A DNA stretch of 64,000 bases from an uncultured Calothrix sp. (GCA_937973965.1 CALJJQ010000031.1:33635-97634); one strand, 5' to 3'. Positions 46,476 through 55,563 are shown, counted from the first letter of the stretch. Made by a program: numbers and translations. The notes: a model not told the origin generated them from the letters alone.

Positions 46476-49055
46476 TTAAACGATTATAATTTGCCACATA
46501 CTAGCTGCTAATCCCAGGGTTGCTAAATGTTGCCAAATTAAGATGGATAATGGCTGACGGGCGATTTTGTGGGTCAAAATCATGGAAAGCAGTACCGCAA
46601 ACACTAACGTTGTACCCTGCAAAAAAGCAATCACTGCGGGATGGGCAACAAACATTGGTAAATGAATATTATTTAATTGAAAAGTAGCAAGGGTGACGGG
46701 GAGAATTTTTCCGCCTTCACTTAATCCCAAGTGCCAATAATGGGCAATATTCCCACCTAATACTAAGGGTAAATAACCATAGGCAAGTTCGATGAATTTA
46801 CGAGCTTTTATCCGAGGTATTGGGGTTACTGGTTGTTTTGGCTTGAGTGATAGTAATTGTGGATAAAACCAGCACCAAATTTGAGTGAAAATATTGGTAA
46901 CAATACAGATGAATCCAGGAATGATTAGGGCAAGAATGGATAGGGATAAATGGGGGAAAAATTGCTGTAAATCCAGGTTTAATCCCAGCCAAGTTTGAAT
47001 TTCTGGTAAGCGATGGAGGAATACTGCACCTAAAAGTAAAAATAATAGGGCTACTTCATAACTGCGGGGATTATGGGTTGTCCAAAGTTCAATTCCCGGT
47101 GGACGTAAGTTAAATTCTACGGAACGGTGGGGACAGGCTTTGAGACAGGTCATACATAAAACACAGTCCCGGTTGTCTTCTAATTGGGCTGGATGGGAAT
47201 ATAATGGACAACCATTTGTTGCCATTCCTTCGCCTTTTTGGGGACCACCTTTATAACATTGATAGGTTGTACAACTAGCTGCACAAATTCCTTGTTGGGC
47301 ACGTAATTCTGTCATAGCTAATTTGGCAAATAACCCGTTCATTCCCCCAATGGGACAGAGATAGCGACACCAAAATCTGCGTTCAAAAATCAGCGAACAA
47401 ATTACCGCTCCCGCAGTAATTAATAGTAATAAACATGCCGACAAATAGGCTGTATCTGGTAAATTCCAGAGTTCTTCCCATAAAAATATTAAAGTAAATA
47501 AAGCGAATAAAAACCAACCGCCCCATTTCTCTGCTTGTTCACGGGGCCATTTTTTCAAAGTGCGTGGAAATAGATATAGTGACAATTTTTGGGCAATTTC
47601 ACCATATATCATAAATGGACAAAAGGCGCACCAAATCCGACCGAGAAAGGGAAATAATAACAGAAAACCTAACCACCACCAAGCCCAAAATAAATTCAAA
47701 CCAAAGTTTTCTGCACGGGTTTGAGGACCAAAAAATAACACCGCCACAATCACAGCAAAGGCAATAGTAGTAAAACCAAAATTAATCCGGTCAGGATACC
47801 AATTACTCCGCAAGAATCGCCGTAATTGGGGATATAAATTCAATAGATTGACACGAAAACGTTTTTTCTTGGTTTGGACTGACCAAAATATTTCTTCGGT
47901 TAATTCTTGATTAGTTTCTGCTTGAATAATTGCTCGTTCTACTAAACTTTCTAATTCCTTGAGATTCCCAGGAAAATCATAGGATTGTAAGCGTCGTAAT
48001 GCTTCCGGTGTCATTTGGGGTTTGGGAATACCCCTTGCACGGGTATATAAACTCATGTAATAGTCAACTTGGGCTTGAATATCGCTTTTGCGAACCCGTA
48101 AGGGTGGAACTTTGATCGTGGAGCTAACACTACGCTCAATTGCTGGTACAGTTTTTTCCGAGACAATCAGGATACGAGCTTGACTAGTATGGGTTTCCGG
48201 TTCTGCTTCTCCAACACGCTGGACAGGTTTATAAGTATTAGTTTGTAATAAATTCACAATTGCTGGTAATAATTCCTGGGGTAATTCCTGAATATTATTC
48301 AGAACAAGAGTACCATTACCCAAATAGGCGAGTAATCCTGGTTTACCACCGACTCGACCAAATAAATCTGCACCACTGGTTTGGAGAAAACCACAGTTGA
48401 CTTTAATAATGGGGGTGCGTCGAAAGGGTGAACTGTAGTGGATAAGAGCGGCGATATTGTCTTTTTCTAGACCAGGTTCACCGAAAATGAGAGTAGAATT
48501 ACGGTTACTGGCGGCAATCCGAATTTGTTCACGTAATTTTTTGGCGTAGCGACTACTACCGACGATTCCCCGTTTAGCTTTCGTAACCAGGTAAGGACGC
48601 AATTCCAAGGAACGCTGTTGTTCGTAATCAAAAGCGGAAGTGAGTTGGGCTAATTCGTCCGCTAACAGTCGAGAAAAAGCTTGGTTGATTTCCGGGTACT
48701 GATGAATAATGGTGCGAAATTTATCGGCACAGAGAAAGTAAAGATGGCATTCATTCAGGGTAATAATGTTGCAGGGAGAAGGTTGTTCTAGGAGTAATTC
48801 TTTTAAATTAATTGCTGTACCGGGGAGTAAACCGCAACAAGCACTCTTATATTGAGGATTAGTGCTATAGGTCTCAATCCGACCACTTTCCAGCAGATAT
48901 AGACCATCAGGAATAGTATTTTCACTGATAAATTGAGTATCGGCGGGAATTACTTTGTGAATAAATTGAGATGCGATCACATTTAGTACTTCAGTCGATA
49001 ATATCCCTAGAATTGTTCGTTCTTGCAACCATACAATTCGTTGATCTTCAGTCAT
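46476..49055 (-). CDS. fusion protein: cNMP-binding domain + degenerate sigma54-interaction (AAA+) domain + polytopic NapH-like 4Fe-4S (polyferredoxin) membrane domain
   Basis: N-terminal Crp-like beta-barrel (PDGLYLLESGRIE). AAA+ region: GEPGLEKDNIAALIH...LVLNNIQEL...PPLRVRKSDI...FPGNLKELESLVERAI. Membrane part: CAFCPFMIYGE, WCRYLCPIGG, CAASCTTYQC, CVLCMTCLKACP. Confidence 0.85.
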   Translation of the reverse strand: MTEDQRIVWLQERTILGILSTEVLNVIASQFIHKVIPADTQFISENTIPDGLYLLESGRIETYSTNPQYKSACCGLLPGTAINLKELLLEQPSPCNIITLNECHLYFLCADKFRTIIHQYPEINQAFSRLLADELAQLTSAFDYEQQRSLELRPYLVTKAKRGIVGSSRYAKKLREQIRIAASNRNSTLIFGEPGLEKDNIAALIHYSSPFRRTPIIKVNCGFLQTSGADLFGRVGGKPGLLAYLGNGTLVLNNIQELPQELLPAIVNLLQTNTYKPVQRVGEAEPETHTSQARILIVSEKTVPAIERSVSSTIKVPPLRVRKSDIQAQVDYYMSLYTRARGIPKPQMTPEALRRLQSYDFPGNLKELESLVERAIIQAETNQELTEEIFWSVQTKKKRFRVNLLNLYPQLRRFLRSNWYPDRINFGFTTIAFAVIVAVLFFGPQTRAENFGLNLFWAWWWLGFLLLFPFLGRIWCAFCPFMIYGEIAQKLSLYLFPRTLKKWPREQAEKWGGWFLFALFTLIFLWEELWNLPDTAYLSACLLLLITAGAVICSLIFERRFWCRYLCPIGGMNGLFAKLAMTELRAQQGICAASCTTYQCYKGGPQKGEGMATNGCPLYSHPAQLEDNRDCVLCMTCLKACPHRSVEFNLRPPGIELWTTHNPRSYEVALLFLLLGAVFLHRLPEIQTWLGLNLDLQQFFPHLSLSILALIIPGFICIVTNIFTQIWCWFYPQLLSLKPKQPVTPIPRIKARKFIELAYGYLPLVLGGNIAHYWHLGLSEGGKILPVTLATFQLNNIHLPMFVAHPAVIAFLQGTTLVFAVLLSMILTHKIARQPLSILIWQHLATLGLAASMWQIIIV

Positions 49056-49350
49056 GGTAGATTCCCCTGTCTGTTGTTTTATCTTTTCTACGCAGTTACT
49101 GACTTGAAAGTGTAGACGCGCAAGCGACTAGTACTCCACCACATTAATTTTACGAAGTTTACGTGAGTACCCACGTTAATTTTGATAGCAGGGAAAAGGC
49201 TCATAGCAATGATTCGAGACCAAGAGAGCTTGCTCCTTACCCCCACCCAGAGTACGGAAACAAGGAAAATTCTCAATCCCTCGACGGTTTTCCCCCTCTC
49301 AATGTTCGGTTTGCACACCAAGCTATTTGTCAAGATTTTTGTAATATTTA

Positions 49351-49378
49351 TTTACATAAGTTAAAAAACAGTTACACA
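49351..49378 (+). promoter_or_regulatory. HLR1-like (RpaB-type) direct repeats upstream of hli
   Basis: TTTACATAAG-TTAAAAAACA-GTTACACA. Two good (G/T)TTACA(T/A/C)(A) octamers sit 20 bp apart with a degenerate one between them, 37-64 nt upstream of ATG 49415. Confidence 0.4.
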
Positions 49379-49414
49379 AACAGCTAAGGTAATCAAAATA
49401 AACGGAGGAAGCCT

Positions 49415-49624
49415 ATGACCCAGGGAAACTTTGCCATGAACGAACGAGCTCGTCTCAACAAAGTCGCGATCGAACCAGAAATGTATTTACAGGAATCACC
49501 TCGATTTGGATTTACCCAGTATGCGGAGAAACTAAACGGACGTTTAGCAATGATTGGATTTGTCGCCTTAATCGTCCTTGAAGCAACTACCGGACGTGGT
49601 TTGAGTGCTTTATTTAACTTTTAA
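49415..49624 (+). CDS. hli: high-light-inducible protein (HLIP, CAB/ELIP/HLIP family)
   Basis: 69 aa. FGFTQYAEKLNGRLAMIGFVALIVLEATTG is the one-helix chlorophyll-binding motif. GGAGGA RBS. Confidence 0.9.
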   Translation: MTQGNFAMNERARLNKVAIEPEMYLQESPRFGFTQYAEKLNGRLAMIGFVALIVLEATTGRGLSALFNF

Positions 49625-49696
49625 TTGCTAACAGTGATTCCCAAGTAGTTCACAACTGACAACAGATTAATTAAAACAAACACAGGAGAGACATCT

Positions 49697-49939
49697 ATGC
49701 GTACTGACTTTGACTACCCCAACAAAGACCTGCTTGGACCAGTTGTATTTCGTCCCAGTTTCAACCAATTTGAAAACATTAATGCTAACCAAGCATGGTC
49801 ACTATTTTTCAGTGCTGGACAGGACGATAAAATTCTTGGTGAACAGCGTGAGTTAGGTAATTTGTTCACCAACCTGTTAATTGCCATCGGTGTGACCGGT
49901 ACTATTTGGGGTATTTATTTTACTGGCATCATTGGTTAA
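49697..49939 (+). CDS. small hypothetical protein with C-terminal TM helix
   Basis: 80 aa. AGGAGA RBS 8 nt upstream. Lies 72 nt downstream of hli on the same strand. The C-terminus LFTNLLIAIGVTGTIWGIYFTGIIG is hydrophobic. Confidence 0.55.
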   Translation: MRTDFDYPNKDLLGPVVFRPSFNQFENINANQAWSLFFSAGQDDKILGEQRELGNLFTNLLIAIGVTGTIWGIYFTGIIG

Positions 49940-50272
49940 TTAGCTAGTTATACGATGAATATTTGAGCGTGCTTCCGGGGGGATAATTCTCTCCGGATTT
50001 TTTGTTGTGAATTAAAGGTAAAATGTGTTCTAAATCAACATGAATATTTCTGTGGGTCAGTAATACCATTTTCGATTTGAGATTCCTTACGGTTAAGTGC
50101 AGCGTTGTTGCAGACTAGCTCTGGGAGCTATGGATTATAAAATATAAACCGAGTGGGGGCTAGCTTTTGAATTTATTCTGAGAGGATGTTGATCAAGTAT
50201 TAATAAATACCTTATCAACCACTGATTGAAGACAGTCAATCGGCTCAAACCATATATTTCTGCTTATCAACT

Positions 50273-50397
50273 GTACAGACGCGACATGTCGCGTCTCTAG
50301 CGATTTCTTTCTCCCTGTAGAGATGACCCGACAGGTCGTCTGTACTCCCAAAAAACGAGCTTGTTCAGTATTAAAATCGACTTTTAAAACATCCTTT
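50273..50397 (-). repeat. composite repeat: two hairpins (50273-50298, 50317-50345) + inverted module E
   Basis: GTACAGACGCGACATGTCGCGTCTCT and GTAGAGATGACCCGACAGGTCGTCTGTAC, followed by TCCCAAAAAACGAGCTTGTTCAGTATTAAAATCGACTTTTAAAACATCC. Confidence 0.85.
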
Positions 50398-50437
50398 GAA
50401 AGATTTTGCAATGTATCTCTAACCAAGGTATCTAGAA

Positions 50438-51388
50438 ATGAGTAGTAGCATTGAGCTAAAACATCCATTTTCATGGTTACATTCCCTCTGGAAATTTTCT
50501 CGTCCCCACACAATTATTGGTACGAGCTTAAGTGTAATTGGTGTATATATAATCGCTGTAAAAACCACTGGTTATTTAGATAATTTTGGCAATAAATTAG
50601 AGCTAAATATTCTGTTTCCTCTCTTGGCGGCATGGTTAGCCTGTATTTGTGGAAATATTTATATCGTCGGTTTAAATCAGCTAGAAGACGTGGAAATCGA
50701 CAAAATTAATAAACCCCATTTACCTTTGGCATCTGGTGAATTTTCCATGACTACAGGTAAAATAATTGTCACAGCAACAGGCTTATCTGCCTTAATATTG
50801 GCAGGACTACAAGGAAATTATTTATTGGCAATGGTAGCCATTAGTTTAGCAATTGGGACAATGTACTCCTTACCACCAATTCGGCTGAAGCAATTTCCAT
50901 TTTGGGCTGCAATATGTATCTTTTCAGTTCGAGGGGCAATTGTGAATCTTGGTTTGTTTTTACACTTCAGCGATATTTTCCACACAACCCAATCCATACC
51001 CGTAGTCATGTGGATGTTAACCTGGTTTGTGTTGGTATTTACGATTGCGATCGCTATCTTTAAAGATATCCCAGACCTGGAAGGGGACAAACAATACAAC
51101 ATCAACACCTTCACCATCAAACTTGGTCAAAAAACAGTATTTAACCTCTCCCTCGCAGTCATTACCGTTTGCTATTTAGTCACCATCGCCGTTACTTTGT
51201 TGCCAACCGTGGCAATTAACCGATTATTACTGATTACTAGCCACCTATTCCTGCTCGGTTGCACCTGGTGGCTAAGTCGCGGTGTTAACCTACAAGAAAA
51301 ATCCCAAATCGCCAGTTTCTACCAATTTATTTGGAAACTCTTCTTTTTGGAATATCTTCTATTTCCCCTCGCTTGTGTATTGGTTTAG
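50438..51388 (+). CDS. hpt: homogentisate phytyltransferase (UbiA prenyltransferase family, tocopherol synthesis)
   Basis: LWKFSRPHTIIGTSLSV, NQLEDVEIDKINKPHLPLASG (first Asp-rich motif), KDIPDLEGDKQYNI (second motif). Confidence 0.85.
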   Translation: MSSSIELKHPFSWLHSLWKFSRPHTIIGTSLSVIGVYIIAVKTTGYLDNFGNKLELNILFPLLAAWLACICGNIYIVGLNQLEDVEIDKINKPHLPLASGEFSMTTGKIIVTATGLSALILAGLQGNYLLAMVAISLAIGTMYSLPPIRLKQFPFWAAICIFSVRGAIVNLGLFLHFSDIFHTTQSIPVVMWMLTWFVLVFTIAIAIFKDIPDLEGDKQYNINTFTIKLGQKTVFNLSLAVITVCYLVTIAVTLLPTVAINRLLLITSHLFLLGCTWWLSRGVNLQEKSQIASFYQFIWKLFFLEYLLFPLACVLV

Positions 51389-51514
51389 GGGTTTTTACTA
51401 TCATGCAATTTTGCGAAAATTTAGATATTATTTTCTCTCCCTGCATCCCCTACTTTCCCAAATGTATGTTGCAACGGGATCAGCTTTACTGAACGTTGAG
51501 AGCAGGGAGTAGAG

Positions 51515-51607
51515 AGAGACGCAATATATCGCGTCTGTACGGGAGTGAGGCTTTGAGACAAATGAACGGTTGCCTTGCGGTTTTATGTTTAATTGCACCT
51601 ACCTACC
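51515..51607 (-). repeat. repeat family D (inverted copy), with hairpin 51515-51540
   Basis: See 25063-25155. Confidence 0.8.
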
Positions 51608-51702
51608 GCATCTTGGGAATTACCTCCCCAGTCAGTGCCAAGAATTGTTAAGATAGGGAAACAAAAACCACTAAAACCCAGCCCACAGGGAGTATTTAGA
51701 AA

Positions 51703-52266
51703 GTGCCATTAGAAATTGCCGTAGACAAGACAAAGCTCAAAAATCCCCCATTAAAATTACACTATTTAGGCGATCGCGTATTACGTCAGCCAGCAAAACG
51801 CATTGCCAAGGTTGATGATGAGATTCGTCAACTTGCACGGCAAATGCTCCAAACCATGTACAGCAGTGATGGAATCGGTTTGGCTGCACCCCAGGTTGGC
51901 ATTAATAAACAACTAATCGTGATTGATTTAGAACCCGATAACCCGAAAAATCAACCTCTAGTCCTCATTAACCCGACCATCAAACAAGTCAGTCGGGAAA
52001 TTTGCATCGGACAGGAAGGTTGTTTAAGTATACCTGGTGTCTATTTAGACGTCAAAAGACCCGCATCAGTGGAAATTTCCTATAAAGACGAACAGGGTCG
52101 TCCCTGTACCCTCAAAGCCAGTGATTTACTAGCGCGTTGCATCCTCCACGAAATGGATCACCTGAATGGAGTAGTATTTGTAGATCGGGTAGAAAACAGT
52201 ATCGCTCTTGCGCAAGAATTAAAAAAACACGGCTTTTCTCAACAAGCAGTTAAACCAATTGTATAG
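51703..52266 (+). CDS. def: peptide deformylase
   Basis: GIGLAAPQVG, EGCLSIPG, HEMDHLNG. GTG start. Confidence 0.95.
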   Translation: MPLEIAVDKTKLKNPPLKLHYLGDRVLRQPAKRIAKVDDEIRQLARQMLQTMYSSDGIGLAAPQVGINKQLIVIDLEPDNPKNQPLVLINPTIKQVSREICIGQEGCLSIPGVYLDVKRPASVEISYKDEQGRPCTLKASDLLARCILHEMDHLNGVVFVDRVENSIALAQELKKHGFSQQAVKPIV

Positions 52267-52278
52267 GGTGCAGAAATT

Positions 52279-52482
52279 ATGTACATGACACCAAAAAGTG
52301 GCTTATTATTGGCCGGATCATGCATCACTGCGATCGCGGCTGTCGGCTCAATTTTTGAACTCACATCCGGACAACCGGATTTCGGAACCCAAAACACCGC
52401 AATCATTTTGGCTCTTAGTATCCCCCTAACAATTATATTTTTTCTCGCCGCAGTCAAGGACACAAAAGCCAATATTAAATAG
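52279..52482 (+). CDS. small hypothetical membrane protein
   Basis: 67 aa with two hydrophobic helices. Starts 13 nt after the def stop. Confidence 0.5.
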   Translation: MYMTPKSGLLLAGSCITAIAAVGSIFELTSGQPDFGTQNTAIILALSIPLTIIFFLAAVKDTKANIK

Positions 52483-52674
52483 GACATCAAAATCCTACAC
52501 TATGAATTAATCAATAAATCCCTTTGGACGAACCTTGGTTTGTCCTTTTTTATTAATCCAGGAATTACACAAGGACAAGGTAAACACCGCCATTGCACTT
52601 CGTCACGTAGCGGATCGCGCAGTCGCTTCTTGCAAAGTAGCAATCCCAAACACCTGATTTCTCGTAATGAGTGC

Positions 52675-52823
52675 GTAAGTAGGTATATAAGGCTTAAAAA
52701 CCTGGCATTTGTAATTTTTCGGGTCGTGTGAAAAATGGAATCCGTAGGGTTATAAAACTATTCCCTACTCCCGACTCCCTGTTCCCGATACTCACGAAAA
52801 GACTTTTACCGCAGATCCTAAGT
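52675..52823 (+). repeat. mosaic repeat family C copy in which CCCTACT-type heptamers replace the hairpin
   Basis: The flanks match 9532-9666. The centre is CTACTCCCGACTCCCTGTTCCCGATACTC instead of the GTACAGACG... hairpin. Confidence 0.75.
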
Positions 52824-53253
52824 TGCAGTTAAATAAATCTTAAATTTCCGTAATTACCCTCTTCCAGCATGTATCCCACAACCAGTATCATCCAGTGGCA
52901 TTTCAAACACTAAAAATCCACTCAACTCAACGTGAATATTCCTGGGGGAAAATAAACTACGAAGAAAATCCCAAAAGCTGGTTGTTTTGAAGAAACTCAA
53001 CTTCTAAAAACCCCAACTTTTTACTCCCAGTAAAATTTAGGTTTTGCCCCTTTTACACCAAGTAAAAATGACTAATCACATTCATTTAGTCGTAGCAAAA
53101 TCTTCTCCCATTTATTTACGTCAATTGAGAACTAGTCACTACCCCAAATAATTTTTTTATATATCACCTATAAAATTGTCATATTTGGGTTAGAAAAGTC
53201 CACGATGATTGATTCTGCTAAATTCCTAATTTAACCACCCAGTAAACGTCATA

Positions 53254-53373
53254 CTTACGAGGTTGTTTATCAAGTACTAATTATCACTATTTTGACTATC
53301 ATCCTGACTCTGGACATGGGGTTATAAAGCTGATTTTTCCTTCGAGAGTACAGACGCTAGATGTCGCGTCTCT
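53254..53373 (-). repeat. composite repeat: inverted module F + hairpin (53348-53373)
   Basis: Reverse complement of 36373-36491. Confidence 0.85.
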
Positions 53374-53789
53374 CCCTATTGCCGTACAGTCCAGCACATT
53401 AATTTTTTATGGGTAAGAAAAGCCCCTTAGTTGCGCTAGTCTACAACGACCCTGCGGGTATAGCGCTTCATATTCAAGCTTTTTCCAGGCTCAAGCCCCT
53501 ACTACAAACCCCTCAGAAACTGTGTACTGGAATACCAAGTATAAGCAAACACAAACCAAATAATCCTTACATAACGATTCAGTACTGGAAGTTACAAATG
53601 AAAGACATTACCTGCATTTCTCACGAGTGATAAGTGTTGATTATGGGTTGTTTTCCCCTCACTCCCCACTCTCCACTCCCTATTCCCTAAGATTTTTAGG
53701 GGTTTTTGAGAAATCAGGGATTATTAGGTATTGTCGTTTAGACGACATATACTGCTACAATCTGACCGCAATCACAACAGAGGTAAATT

Positions 53790-55526
53790 ATGAGACTAGA
53801 TAAACTTTCCCCTGGGTTAATCCTGGCAGTTGAAGACTTTGAAAATGAAGGAGACGAAGGATTAGTCACCCATCGCCGTTCTTTGGGGATTGTTGCACCT
53901 AAAAGCACAATTAAGCCCACCCGCAGTATAGTTTTTGTCTACTGCGACGAAAATGCTGACCTCAGCCATCTAGAACAGTATGGTATCGAATTCAACCAAA
54001 ATCATGGAAGTGTACGTACAGCCTACCTGTCGATGGAAGCGATTGATACCCTGTCCGAAGACCCTGCCATCCAACGCATCAAACCATCACGGAAAATGAA
54101 ACTGTTGATGGAAAAAGCTCCTCCACGGGTGAAATTACCTGAATTTAAACTCAAAACCAAACTCACTGGCAAAGGCGTAATTATCGGCGTGATTGATAGC
54201 GGTATCGATGCCAAACATCCCGCCTTTGCTGGACGTATTCTCCGGATTTGGGATCAAACCCTACCAGGTTCGGGTGTGCAAGAGGGTAAATATGGAGCCG
54301 AGTTAACAGGAGAACAATTAACCATTTCCCAAGACACTGATGCCCACGGAACCCACGTGGCTGGTATTGCATCTGCTCAAGATGAGACCTATAGTGGTGT
54401 TGCTCCTGATGCTGAGCTGATTGTCGTCAAATCTGACCTACAGGATGCCCATATTGCCGATGCAGTCCGTTATGTCTTCCGCATTGCCACCGAGCTAGGT
54501 CGTCCAGCTGTGGTCAACATGAGTTTGGGTGGCCACGCAGATGCCCATGATGGTAGCGATTCCCTTTCCAAAGTGATTGATGCCGAAACCGGTCCAGGTA
54601 AAATAGTTTGTTGTGCCGCAGGTAATGAGGGCAACGATAATATCCACGGACAGGGACAAGTTGCAGTCAATCAAATGCATTCCATGCGCTTTCGAGTCCC
54701 TTGGGGACAGGTGGGTATAGTTTGGTTAAACGGTTGGTATTCTGGAGAAACCCAACTGGAAATTCAAATGCGTAGTCCCAGTGGCTTTGTCACCCCTTGG
54801 CAAAAAGTTGTCAGCGACCCCTCGGTAAATCCAGCCCAAGAGTATAGACTTCCCGATGCTCGTGTACAAGTAGTTGCACCAGGTCCAGACCCGATGAATG
54901 GAGATTACAACTTTTTTGTCCAGATTCGCGGTCTTAGCGGTTCAGTTCCCGTGACCGGTGGTGTGTGGCAATTACGCCTACGCAACAAGGGTCAAAAAGA
55001 TACCCAGGTTAATGTTTGGACTTTAGATGATGCTGGTGCTGTTTTCTTTACCGGACAAAGTGCCCAAGACAACATGAAAATTGGCTCTCCCGGTGCTGCC
55101 GCCAGTGCAATCACCGTGGCATCATTTACCACCCGTAATCAATATACAGACATTGATAATCAGAAGCGGGAAGTTGGATTAACCCTAGATGATATATCCG
55201 ACTTTAGTAGCGAAGGTCCCCTACGTAATGGCGCACAAAAACCCGATGTGGCAGCACCTGGAGCCATGATTGTTTCCACCCTCTCTGCTAGCGCCAAAAT
55301 GCCACGTTCCATGATGCTCAATTCCAAATTTGTCGCCATGGCGGGAACCAGTATGGCTACACCCTTTGTCAGTGGATTGGTGGCATTGTTATTGGAACGT
55401 GATCCCCAACTAACACCGGATGCAATTAAAGAAATTTTCCGGAAAAATTCCCAAATTCCCGGGCAAGAACAGGGAATATTTGATATTAAATGGGGTTTTG
55501 GTTTGATTAACGCCGAAAATCTCTAG
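53790..55526 (+). CDS. S8 (subtilisin-like) serine peptidase without a recognisable signal peptide
   Basis: GVIDSGIDAKHPAF (Asp), HGTHVAGIA (His), GTSMATPFVSGLVALL (Ser). A ~200-aa beta-rich insert lies between the His and Ser regions. GAGG RBS. Confidence 0.9.
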   Translation: MRLDKLSPGLILAVEDFENEGDEGLVTHRRSLGIVAPKSTIKPTRSIVFVYCDENADLSHLEQYGIEFNQNHGSVRTAYLSMEAIDTLSEDPAIQRIKPSRKMKLLMEKAPPRVKLPEFKLKTKLTGKGVIIGVIDSGIDAKHPAFAGRILRIWDQTLPGSGVQEGKYGAELTGEQLTISQDTDAHGTHVAGIASAQDETYSGVAPDAELIVVKSDLQDAHIADAVRYVFRIATELGRPAVVNMSLGGHADAHDGSDSLSKVIDAETGPGKIVCCAAGNEGNDNIHGQGQVAVNQMHSMRFRVPWGQVGIVWLNGWYSGETQLEIQMRSPSGFVTPWQKVVSDPSVNPAQEYRLPDARVQVVAPGPDPMNGDYNFFVQIRGLSGSVPVTGGVWQLRLRNKGQKDTQVNVWTLDDAGAVFFTGQSAQDNMKIGSPGAAASAITVASFTTRNQYTDIDNQKREVGLTLDDISDFSSEGPLRNGAQKPDVAAPGAMIVSTLSASAKMPRSMMLNSKFVAMAGTSMATPFVSGLVALLLERDPQLTPDAIKEIFRKNSQIPGQEQGIFDIKWGFGLINAENL

Positions 55527-55534
55527 GGTATTTG

Positions 55535-55563
55535 GTAGAGACGACCCGACGGGTTGTCTCTAC
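55535..55563. repeat. hairpin repeat between the convergent S8 peptidase and SPS genes; plausible bidirectional terminator
   Basis: GTAGAGACGACCCGACGGGTTGTCTCTAC lies 9 nt after the S8 stop and 13 nt after the SPS stop. Confidence 0.8.

Noticed and set aside
49088-49387. Overlapping ORFs on both strands (81, 74 and 60 aa) between the 859-aa gene and hli
   Set aside because: They are mutually overlapping, have no RBS and show odd composition. The region is better explained as the divergent promoter region.
50038-50060. Shared 22-nt motif ATCAACATGAATATTTCTGTGGG (50038) and CTCAACGTGAATATTCCTGGGGG (52926); on the minus strand both translate as RNIHV(D/E)L
   Set aside because: Neither site lies in an intact ORF: a 41-aa ORF at one site, and no start codon at the other. 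Similarity does not extend beyond ~22 nt. It may be a gene relic or a small repeat, but the evidence is insufficient.
50193-50513. 106-aa minus-strand ORF
   Set aside because: It covers the two hairpin repeats and module E (50273-50397). It also overlaps the 5' end of the homogentisate phytyltransferase gene in antisense.
53409-53630. 73-aa ORF upstream of the S8 peptidase, considered as a possible protease substrate or RiPP precursor
   Set aside because: Its N-terminal third is encoded by the GCGCTAGTCTAC...TAGCGC repeat, which is also found inverted at 60811-60848. It has no RBS and no leader/core-like features. No other RiPP genes (cyclodehydratase, LanM, PatG-like) are nearby.
521-55563. 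The hairpin repeats considered as a CRISPR array
   Set aside because: The copies are dispersed over 55 kb with irregular spacing and orientation. Each is a single palindrome rather than a direct-repeat/spacer series, and no cas genes are present.
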